From the NCBI GenBank assembly GCA_964016885.1, contig OZ024757.1:12896001-12960000 (forward strand): a DNA stretch of 64,000 bases, read 5' to 3'. Shown here piece by piece: positions 1 through 11,200 of the stretch. The position numbers were made by a program, and so were the translations under genes. The notes beneath the pieces are model-generated. The model was given only the letters and a program-made list of their open reading frames with translations, made no database searches and had not been told where the DNA came from. Position 1 is the first letter of the stretch. Each line of letters begins with the position of its first letter. The DNA comes from Eledone cirrhosa. Taxonomy: Eukaryota.

Positions 1-301
1 ATATTTATAAAAAAATTGATTATATAAGGTTTTCGAAAAAAATTAATATGCGTTTTTCAAATTGCGTTTTTCGAAATATTAACTTCTGATTTCGAAAACT
101 TATTTTTTTAGGTTTTTCGAAAAAAATTTAATCTGCAAAATTTGAAACCAGAAAGTTTCGAAAGATTTGTAAAAGCATGTTTTTTTTACGTTTTCGAAAC
201 ATGCAAAAAATCAGAAAAAGATTAATACAGAAGTATATATTTCGACTATGAACTCACATTCATTCTTTTTCGAAAAACCTAAAAAAATTGATTATATAAG
301 G

Positions 302-468
302 TTTTCGAAAAACCTAAAAAAATCAATATTTGAAATCAGATATAAATATTTATAAAAAAATTGATTATATAAGGTTTTCGAAAAAAATTAATATGCGTTT
401 TTCAAATTGCGTTTTTCGAAATATTAACTTCTGATTTCGAAAACTTATTTTTTTAGGTTTTTCGAAAA
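302..468. repeat. Intra-monomer 39-bp imperfect inverted repeat with 89-bp spacer (representative copy)
   Basis: Left arm 302-340 TTTTCGAAAAACCTAAAAAAATCAATATTTGAAATCAGA and right arm 430-468 TCTGATTTCGAAAACTTATTTTTTTAGGTTTTTCGAAAA. They are 35/39 complementary here and 36/39 in monomers with the AAACTGATT variant. Confidence 0.9.
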
Positions 469-558
469 AAATTTAATCTGCAAAATTTGAAACCAGAAAG
501 TAGATATTTCGAAAGATTTGTAAAAGCATTAATTTTTTACGTTTTTTTTTAGATTTCG

Positions 559-620
559 AAACATGCAAAATGTAAAAAGATTAATACAGAAACATGAAAA
601 ATGTAAAAAGATTAATACAG
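559..620 (+). repeat. 31-bp tandem duplication defining the long (~390 bp) monomer class (representative copy)
   Basis: AAACATG(C/A)AAAATGTAAAAAGATTAATACAG occurs twice, with the ATGs at 563 and 594. Confidence 0.9.
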
Positions 621-3600
621 AAGTATATATTTCGACTATGAACTCAGATTCATTCTTTTTCGAAAAACCTAAAAAAATTGATTATATAAGGTTTTCGAAA
701 AACCTAAAAAAATCAATATTTGAAATCAGATATAAATATTTATAAAAAAATTGATTATATAAGGTTTTCAAAAAAAATTAATATGCGTTTTTCAAATTGC
801 GTTTTTCGAAATATTAACTTCTGATTTCGAAAACTTATTTTTTTAGGTTTTTCGAAAAAAATTTAATCTGCAAAATTTGAAACCAGAAAGTAGATATTTC
901 GAAAGATTTGTAAAAGCATTAATTTTTTACGTTTTTTTTTAGATTTCGAAACATGCAAAATGTAAAAAGATTAATACAGAAACATGAAAAATGTAAAAAG
1001 ATTAATACAGAAGTATATATTTCGACTATGAACTCAGATTCATTCTTTTTCGAAAAACCTAAAAAAATTGATTATATAAGGTTTTCGAAAAACCTAAAAA
1101 AATCAATATTTGAAATCAGATATAAATATTTATAAAAAAATTGATTATATAAGGTTTTCAAAAAAAATTAATATGCGTTTTTCAAATTGCGTTTTTCGAA
1201 ATATTAACTTCTGATTTCGAAAACTTATTTTTTTAGGTTTTTCGAAAAAAATTTAATCTGCAAAATTTGAAACCAGAAAGTAAATATTTCGAAAGATTTG
1301 TAAAAGCATGTTTTTTTTACGTTTTCGAAACATGCAAAAAATCAGAAAAAGATTAATACAGAAGTATATATTTCGACTATGAACTCACATTCATTCTTTT
1401 TCGAAAAAACCTAAAAAAATCAATATTTGAAATCAGATATAAATATTTATAAAAAAATTGATTATATAAGGTTTTCGAAAAAAATTAATATGCGTTTTTC
1501 AAATTGCGTTTTTCGAAATATTAACTTCTGATTTCGAAAACTTATTTTTTTAGGTTTTTCGAAAAAAATTTAATCTTCAAAATTTGAAACCAGAGAGTTT
1601 CGAAAGATTTGTAAAAGCATGTTTTTTTTACGTTTTCGAAACATGCAAAAAATCAGAAAAAGATTAATACAGAAGTATATATTTCGACTATGAACTCACA
1701 TTCATTCTTTTTCGAAAAACCTAAAAAAATTGATTATATAAGGTTTTCGAAAAACCTAAAAAAATCAATATTTGAAATCAGATATAAATATTTATAAAAA
1801 AATTGATTATATAAGGTTTTCGAAAAAAATTAATATGCGTTTTTCAAATTGCGTTTTTCGAAATATTAACTTCTGATTTCGAAAACTTATTTTTTTAGGT
1901 TTTTCGAAAAAAATTTAATCTGCAAAATTTGAAACCAGAAAGTAGATATTTCGAAAGATTTGTAAAAGCATTAATTTTTTACGTTTTTTTTTAGATTTCG
2001 AAACATGCAAAATGTAAAAAGATTAATACAGAAACATGAAAAATGTAAAAAGATTAATACAGAAGTATATATTTCGACTATGAACTCAGATTCATTCTTT
2101 TTCGAAAAACCTAAAAAAATTGATTATATAAGGTTTTCGAAAAACCTAAAAAAATCAATATTTGAAATCAGATATAAATATTTATAAAAAAATTGATTAT
2201 ATAAGGTTTTCAAAAAAAATTAATATGCGTTTTTCAAATTGCGTTTTTCGAAATATTAACTTCTGATTTCGAAAACTTATTTTTTTAGGTTTTTCGAAAA
2301 AAATTTAATCTGCAAAATTTGAAACCAGAAAGTAGATATTTCGAAAGATTTGTAAAAGCATTAATTTTTTACGTTTTTTTTTAGATTTCGAAACATGCAA
2401 AATGTAAAAAGATTAATACAGAAACATGAAAAATGTAAAAAGATTAATACAGAAGTATATATTTCGACTATGAACTCAGATTCATTCTTTTTCGAAAAAC
2501 CTAAAAAAATTGATTATATAAGGTTTTCGAAAAACCTAAAAAAATCAATATTTGAAATCAGATATAAATATTTATAAAAAAATTGATTATATAAGGTTTT
2601 CAAAAAAAATTAATATGCGTTTTTCAAATTGCGTTTTTCGAAATATTAACTTCTGATTTCGAAAACTTATTTTTTTAGGTTTTTCGAAAAAAATTTAATC
2701 TGCAAAATTTGAAACCAGAAAGTAAATATTTCGAAAGATTTGTAAAAGCATGTTTTTTTTACGTTTTCGAAACATGCAAAAAATCAGAAAAAGATTAATA
2801 CAGAAGTATATATTTCGACTATGAACTCACATTCATTCTTTTTCGAAAAAACCTAAAAAAATCAATATTTGAAATCAGATATAAATATTTATAAAAAAAT
2901 TGATTATATAAGGTTTTCGAAAAAAATTAATATGCGTTTTTCAAATTGCGTTTTTCGAAATATTAACTTCTGATTTCGAAAACTTATTTTTTTAGGTTTT
3001 TCGAAAAAAATTTAATCTTCAAAATTTGAAACCAGAGAGTTTCGAAAGATTTGTAAAAGCATGTTTTTTTTACGTTTTCGAAACATGCAAAAAATCAGAA
3101 AAAGATTAATACAGAAGTATATATTTCGACTATGAACTCACATTCATTCTTTTTCGAAAAACCTAAAAAAATTGATTATATAAGGTTTTCGAAAAACCTA
3201 AAAAAATCAATATTTGAAATCAGATATAAATATTTATAAAAAAATTGATTATATAAGGTTTTCGAAAAAAATTAATATGCGTTTTTCAAATTGCGTTTTT
3301 CGAAATATTAACTTCTGATTTCGAAAACTTATTTTTTTAGGTTTTTCGAAAAAAATTTAATCTGCAAAATTTGAAACCAGAAAGTAGATATTTCGAAAGA
3401 TTTGTAAAAGCATTAATTTTTTACGTTTTTTTTTAGATTTCGAAACATGCAAAATGTAAAAAGATTAATACAGAAACATGAAAAATGTAAAAAGATTAAT
3501 ACAGAAGTATATATTTCGACTATGAACTCAGATTCATTCTTTTTCGAAAAACCTAAAAAAATTGATTATATAAGGTTTTCGAAAAACCTAAAAATATCAA

Positions 3601-4003
3601 TATTTGAAATCAGATATAAATATTTATAAAAAAAATTGATTATATAAGGTTTTCGAAAAAAAATTAATATGCGTTTTTCAAATTGCGTTTTTCGAAATAT
3701 TAACTTCTGATTTCGAAAACTGATTTTTTTAGGTTTTTCGAAAAAAATTTAATCTGCAAAATTTGAAACCAGAAAGTAGATATTTCGAAAGATTTGTAAA
3801 AGCATTAATTTTTTACTTTTTTTTAGATTTCGAAAATGCTAACAATCAGAAAAACGTAAAAAGATTAATGCAGAAGTATATATTTCGACTATGAACTCAC
3901 ATTCATTCTTTTTCGAAAAACCTAAAAAAATTGATTATATAAGGTTTTCGAAAAACCTAAAAAAATCAATATTTGAAATCAGATATAAATATTTCTAAAA
4001 GTA

Positions 4004-4068
4004 TAAAAAAATTGATTATATAAAAAAATATTGATTATATAAAAAATATTGATTATATAAAAAAATTA
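4004..4068 (+). repeat. Triplicated 18-19 bp TTGATTATATAAAAAA(A)TA sub-repeat in one tail variant (representative copy)
   Basis: TTGATTATAT starts at 4012, 4031 and 4049. The same cassette is at ~6450, 8920, 9730, 14690, 18230, 18640, 19430 and further copies. Confidence 0.88.
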
Positions 4069-7000
4069 TTTTTCGAAAAAAAATTAATATGCGTTATTCA
4101 AGTTGCGTTTTTCGAAATATAAACTTCTGATTTCGAAAACTTATTTTTTCAGGTTTTTCGAAAAAAATTTAATCTGCAAAATTTGAAACCAGAAAGTAAA
4201 TATTTCGAAAGATTTGTAAAAGCATGTTTTTTTTACGTTTTCGAAACATGCAAAAAATCAGAAAAAGATTAATACAGAAGTATATATTTCGACTATGAAC
4301 TCACATTCATTCTTTTTCGAAAAACCTAAAAAAATCAATATTTGAAATCAGATATAAATATTTATAAAAAAATTGATTATATAAGGTTTTCGAAAAAAAT
4401 TAATATGCGTTTTTCAAATTGCGTTTTTCGAAATATTAACTTCTGATTTCGAAAACTTATTTTTTTAGGTTTTTCGAAAAAAATTTAATCTGCAAAATTT
4501 GAAACCAGAAAGTTTCGAAAGATTTGTAAAAGCATGTTTTTTTTACGTTTTCGAAACATGCAAAAAATCAGAAAAAGATTAATACAGAAGTATATATTTC
4601 GACTATGAACTCACATTCATTCTTTTTCGAAAAACCTAAAAAAATTGATTATATAAGGTTTTCGAAAAACCTAAAAAAATCAATATTTGAAATCAGATAT
4701 AAATATTTATAAAAAAATTGATTATATAAGGTTTTCGAAAAAAATTAATATGCGTTTTTCAAATTGCGTTTTTCGAAATATTAACTTCTGATTTCGAAAA
4801 CTTGTTTTTTTAGGTTTTTCGAAAAGAATTTAATCTGCAAAATTTGAAACCAGAAAGTTTCGAAAGATTTGTAAAAGCATGTTTTTTTTACGTTTTCGAA
4901 ACATGCAAAAAATCAGAAAAAGATTAATACAGAAGTATATATTTCGACTATGAACTCACATTCATTCTTTTTCGAAAAACCTAAAAAAATTGATTATATA
5001 AGGTTTTCGAAAAACCTAAAAAAATCAATATTTGAAATCAGATATAAATATTTCTAAAAGTATAAAAAAAATTGATTATATAAGGTTTTCGAAAAAAAAT
5101 TAATATGCGTTTTTCAAATTGCGTTTTTCGAACTTCTGATTTCGAAAACTGATTTTTTTAGGTTTTTCGAAAAAAATTTAATCTGCAAAATTTGAAACCA
5201 GAAAGTAGATATTTCGAAAGATTTGTAAAAGCATTAATTTTTTACGTTTTTTATTAGATTTCGAAACATGCAAAATGTAAAAAGATTAATACAGAAACAT
5301 GAAAAATGTAAAAAGATTAATACAGAAGTATATATTTCGACTATGAACTCAGATTCATTCTTTTTCGAAAAACCTAAAAAAATTGATTATATAAGGTTTT
5401 CGAAAAACCTAAAAAAATCAATATTTGAAATCAGATATAAATATTTATAAAAAAATTGATTATATAAGGTTTTCAAAAAAAATTAATATGCGTTTTTCAA
5501 ATTGCGTTTTTCGAAATATTAACTTCTGATTTCGAAAACTTATTTTTTTAGGTTTTTCGAAAAAAATTTAATCTGCAAAATTTGAAACCAGAAAGTAAAT
5601 ATTTCGAAAGATTTGTAAAAGCATGTTTTTTTTACGTTTTCGAAACATGCAAAAAATCAGAAAAAGATTAATACAGAAGTATATATTTCGACTATGAACT
5701 CACATTCATTCTTTTTCGAAAAACCTAAAAAAATCAATATTTGAAATCAGATATAAATATTTATAAAAAAATTGATTATATAAGGTTTTCGAAAAAAATT
5801 AATATGCGTTTTTCAAATTGCGTTTTTCGAAATATTAACTTCTGATTTCGAAAACTTATTTTTTTAGGTTTTTCGAAAAAAATTTAATCTGCAAAATTTG
5901 AAACCAGAAAGTTTCGAAAAAAAATCAGAAAAAGATTAATACAGAATTATATATTTCGACTATGAACTCACATTCATTCTTTTTCGAAAAACCTAAAAAA
6001 ATTGATTATATAAGGTTTTCGAAAAACCTAAAAATATCAATATTTGAAATCAGATATAAATATTTATAAAAAAATTGATTATATAAGGTTTTCGAAAAAA
6101 AATTAATATGCGTTTTTCAAATTGCGTTTTTCGAAATATTAACTTCTGATTTCGAAAACTGATTTTTTTAGGTTTTTCGAAAAAAATTTAATCTGCAAAA
6201 TTTGAAACCAGAAAGTAGATATTTCGAAAGATTTGTAAAAGCATTAATTTTTTACGTTTTTTTTTAGATTTCGAAAATGCTAACAATCAGAAAAACGTAA
6301 AAAGATTAATGCAGAAGTATATATTTCGACTATGAACTCACATTCATTCTTTTTCGAAAAACCTAAAAAAATTGATTATATAAGGTTTTCGAAAAACCTA
6401 AAAAAATCAATATTTGAAATCAGATATAAATATTTCTAAAAGTATAAAAAAATTGATTATATAAAAAAATATTGATTATATAAAAAATATTGATTATATA
6501 AAAAAATTATTTTTCGAAAAAAAATTAATATGCGTTTTTCAAGTTGCGTTTTTCGAAATATTAACTTCTGATTTCGAAAACTGAATTTTTTAGGTTTTTC
6601 GAAAAAAATTTAATCTGCAAAATTTGAAACCAGAAAGTAGATATTTCGAAAGATTTGTAAAAGCATTAATTTTTTACGTTTTTTTTTAGATTTCGAAACA
6701 TGCAAAATGTAAAAAGATTAATACAGAAACATGAAAAATGTAAAAAGATTAATACAGAAGTATATATTTCGACTATGAACTCAGATTCATTCTTTTTCGA
6801 AAAACCTAAAAAAATTGATTATATAAGGTTTTCGAAAAACCTAAAAAAATCAATATTTGAAATCAGATATAAATATTTATAAAAAAATTGATTATATAAG
6901 ATTTTCAAAAAAAATTAATATGCGTTTTTCAAATTGCGTTTTTCGAAATATTAACTTCTGATTTCGAAAACTTATTTTTTTAGGTTTTTCGAAAAAAATT

Positions 7001-8126
7001 TAATCTGCAAAATTTGAAACCAGAAAGTAAATATTTCGAAAGATTTGTAAAAGCATGTTTTTTTTACGTTTTCGAAACATGCAAAAAATCAGAAAAAGAT
7101 TAATACAGAAGTATATATTTCGACTATGAACTCACATTCATTCTTTTTCGAAAAACCTAAAAAAATCAATATTTGAAATCAGATATAAATATTTATAAAA
7201 AAATTGATTATATAAGGTTTTCGAAAAAAATTAATATGCGTTTTTCAAATTGCGTTTTTCGAAATATTAACTTCTGATTTCGAAAACTTATTTTTTTAGG
7301 TTTTTCGAAAAAAATTTAATCTGCAAAATTTGAAACCAGAAAGTTTCGAAAGATTTGTAAAAGCATGTTTTTTTTACGTTTTCGAAACATGCAAAAAATC
7401 AGAAAAAGATTAATACAGAAGTATATATTTCGACTATGAACTCAGATTCATTCTTTTTCGAAAAACCTAAAAAAATTGATTATATAAGGTTTTCGAAAAA
7501 CCTAAAAAAATCAATATTTGAAATCAGATATAAATATTTCTAAAAGTATAAAAAAAATTGATTATATAAGGTTTTCGAAAAAAAATTAATATGCGTTTTT
7601 CAAATTGCGTTTTTCGAACTTCTGATTTCGAAAACTGATTTTTTTAGGTTTTTCGAAAAAAATTTAATCTGCAAAATTTGAAACCAGAAAGTAAATATTT
7701 CGAAAGATTTGTAAAAGCATGTTTTTTTTACGTTTTCGAAACATGCAAAAAATCAGAAAAAGATTAATATATTTCGACTATGAACTCACATTCATTCTTT
7801 TTCGAAAAACCTAAAAAAATCAATATTTGAAATCAGATATAAATATTTATAAAAAAATTGATTATATAAGGTTTTCGAAAAAAATTAATATGCGTTTTTC
7901 AAATTGCGTTTTTCGAAATATTAACTTCTGATTTCGAAAACTTATTTTTTTAGGTTTTTCGAAAAAAATTTAATCTGCAAAATTTGAAACCAGTAAGTTT
8001 CGAAAGATTTGTAAAAGCATGTTTTTTTTACGTTTTCGAAACATGCAAAAAATCAGAAAAAGATTAATACAGAAGTATATATTTCGACTATGAACTCACA
8101 TTCATTCTTTTTTGAAAAACCTAAAA

Positions 8127-8227
8127 AAATTGATTATATAAGGTTTTCGAAAAACCTAAAAAAAATCAATATTTGATTTCAAATATTGATTTTTTTAGGT
8201 TTTTCGAAAACCTTATATAATCAATTT
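8127..8227. repeat. 101-bp near-perfect palindrome, copy 1
   Basis: Arms are 8127-8176 and 8179-8227 with a 2-nt centre (TT). The only defect is A8 versus T7. Confidence 0.95.
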
Positions 8228-11200
8228 ATAAAAAAATTGATTATATAAGGTTTTCGAAAAAAATTAATATGCGTTTTTCAAATTGCGTTTTTCGAAATAT
8301 TAACTTCTGATTTTGAAAACTTATTTTTTTAGGTTTTTCGAAAAAAATTTAATCTGCAAAATTTGAAACCAGAAAGTAAATATTTCAAAAACCATTAATA
8401 TTTTACGTTTTTTATTAGATAGAAAAACGTAAAAAGATTAATGCAGAAATATATATTTCGACTATGAACTCACATTCATTCTTTTTCGAAAAACCTAAAA
8501 AAATTGATTATATAAGGTTTTCGAAAAACCTAAAAAAATCAATATTTGAAATCAGATATAAATATTTATAAAAAAATTGATTATATAAGGTTTTCGAAAA
8601 AAAATTAATATGCGTTTTTCAAATTGCGTTTTTCGAAATATTAACTTCTGATTTCGAAAACTGATTTTTTTAGGTTTTTCGAAAAAAATTTAATCTGCAA
8701 AATTTGAAACCAGAAAGTAGATATTTCGAAAGATTTGTAAAAGCATTAATTTTTTACGTTTTTTTTAAATTTCGAAAATGCTAACAATCAGAAAAACGTA
8801 AAAAGATTAATGCAGAAGTATATATTTCGACTATGAACTCACATTCATTCTTTTTCGAAAAACCTAAAAAAATCAATATTTGAAATCAGATATAAATATT
8901 TCTAAAAGTATAAAAAAATTGATTATATAAAAAAATATTGATTATATAAAAAATATTGATTATATAAAATAATTATTTTTCGAAAAAAAATTAATATGCG
9001 TTTTTCAAATTGCGTTTTTCGAAATATTAACTTCTGATTTCGAAAACTGATTTTTTTAGGTTTTTCGAAAAAAATTTAATCTGCAAAATTTGAAACCAGA
9101 CAGTAGATATTTCGAAAGATTTGTAAAAGCATTAATTTTTTACGTTTTTTTTAGATTTCGAAACATGCAAAATGTAAAAAGATTAATACAGAAACATGAA
9201 AAATGTAAAAAGATTAATACAGAAGTATATATTTCGACTATGAACTCAGATTCATTCTTTTTCGAAAAACCTAAAAAAATTGATTATATAAGGTTTTCGA
9301 AAAACCTAAAAATATCAATATTTGAAATCAGATATAAATATTTATAAAAAAAATTGATTATATAAGGTTTTCGAAAAAAAATTAATATGCGTTTTTCAAA
9401 TTGCGTTTTTCGAAATATTAACTTCTGATTTCGAAAACTGATTTTTTTAGGTTTTTCGAAAAAAATTTAATCTGCAAAATTTGAAACCAGAAAGTAGATA
9501 TTTCGAAAGATTTGTAAAAGCATTAATTTTTTACGTTTTTTTTAGATTTCGAAAATGCTAACAATCAGAAAAACGTAAAAAGATTAATGCAGAAGTATAT
9601 ATTTCGACTATGAACTCACATTCATTCTTTTTCGAAAAACCTAAAAAAATTGATTATATAAGGTTTTCGAAAAACCTAAAAAAATCAATATTTGAAATCA
9701 GATATAAATATTTCTAAAAGTATAAAAAAATTGATTATATAAAAAAATATTGATTATATAAAAAATATTGATTATATAAAAAAATTATTTTTCGAAAAAA
9801 AATTAATATGCGTTATTCAAGTTGCGTTTTTCGAAATATTAACTTCTGATTTCGAAAACTGAATTTTTTAGGTTTTTCGAAAAAAATTTAATCTGCAAAA
9901 TTTGAAACCAGAAAGTAGATATTTCGAAAGATTTGTAAAAGCATTAATTTTTTACGTTTTTTTTTAGATTTCGAAACATGCAAAATGTAAAAAGATTAAT
10001 ACAGAAACATGAAAAATGTAAAAAGATTAATACAGAAGTATATATTTCGACTATGAACTCAGATTCATTCTTTTTCGAAAAACCTAAAAAAATTGATTAT
10101 ATAAGGTTTTCGAAAAACCTAAAAAAATCAATATTTGAAATCAGATATAAATATTTATAAAAAAAATTGATTATATAAGGTTTTCAAAAAAAATTAATAT
10201 GCGTTTTTCAAATTGCGTTTTTCGAAATATTAACTTCTGATTTCGAAAACTTATTTTTTTAGGTTTTTCGAAAAAAATTTAATCTGCAAAATTTGAAACC
10301 AGAAAGTAAATATTTCGAAAGATTTGTAAAAGCATGTTTTTTTTACGTTTTCGAAACATGCAAAAAATCAGAAAAAGATTAATACAGAAGTATATATTTC
10401 GACTATGAACTCACATTCATTCTTTTTCGAAAAACCTAAAAAAATCAATATTTGAAATCAGATATAAATATTTATAAAAAAATTGATTATATAAGGTTTT
10501 CAAAAAAAATTAATATGCGTTTTTCAAATTGCGTTTTTCGAAATATTAACTTCTGATTTCGAAAACTTATTTTTTTAGGTTTTTCGAAAAAAATTTAATC
10601 TTCAAAATTTGAAACCAGAGAGTTTCGAAAGATTTGTAAAAGCATGTTTTTTTTACGTTTTCGAAACATGCAAAAAATCAGAAAAAGATTAATACAGAAG
10701 TATATATTTCGACTATGAACTCACATTCATTCTTTTTCGAAAAACCTAAAAAAATTGATTATATAAGGTTTTCGAAAAACCTAAAAAAATCAATATTTGA
10801 AATCAGATATAAATATTTATAAAAAAATTGATTATATAAGGTTTTCGAAAAAAATTAATATGCGTTTTTCAAATTGCGTTTTTCGAAATATTAACTTCTG
10901 ATTTCGAAAACTTATTTTTTTAGGTTTTTCGAAAAAAATTTAATCTGCAAAATTTGAAACCAGAAAGTTTCGAAAGATTTGTAAAAGCATGTTTTTTTTA
11001 CGTTTTCGAAACATGCAAAAAATCAGAAAAAGATTAATACAGAAGTATATATTTCGACTATGAACTCACATTCATTCTTTTTCGAAAAACCTAAAAAAAT
11101 TGATTATATAAGGTTTTCGAAAAACCTAAAAAAATCAATATTTGAAATCAGATATAAATATTTCTAAAAGTATAAAAAAAATTGATTATATAAGGTTTTC

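Larger units (their letters stand above)
155..3594 (+). repeat. 1442-bp 4-monomer higher-order repeat (345+390+390+317), ~2.4 copies
   Basis: Anchor spacings repeat as 345/390/390/317. ORF starts 563, 2005 and 3447 are 1442 apart. Shared variants: A6 in TCGAAAAAACC (~1401, ~2843) and AATCTTC...CCAGAGAG (~1573, ~3015). Confidence 0.92.

Noticed and set aside
360-380. TATATAA (TATA box-like) and TTC/GAA (heat-shock element-like) motifs
   Set aside because: TATA-like words are expected at about 79% AT with no gene downstream. TTCGAA lacks the 2-nt spacing of the nTTCnnGAAn heat-shock element.
275-460. TTTTAGG / CCTAAAA motifs resembling TTAGG-type telomere repeats
   Set aside because: They are isolated single motifs on both strands, two to four per monomer, and never in tandem.
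302-468. MITE or foldback transposon call
   Set aside because: The inverted repeat is internal to a tandem monomer. No target-site duplication, dispersed copy or transposase is visible. It is kept only as an origin hypothesis.
8127-8227. Palindrome as an intrinsic terminator, tRNA or array-scale inversion
   Set aside because: There is no GC-rich stem, cloverleaf or upstream gene, and the array orientation resumes on the + strand immediately after the ~50-bp inverted patch.
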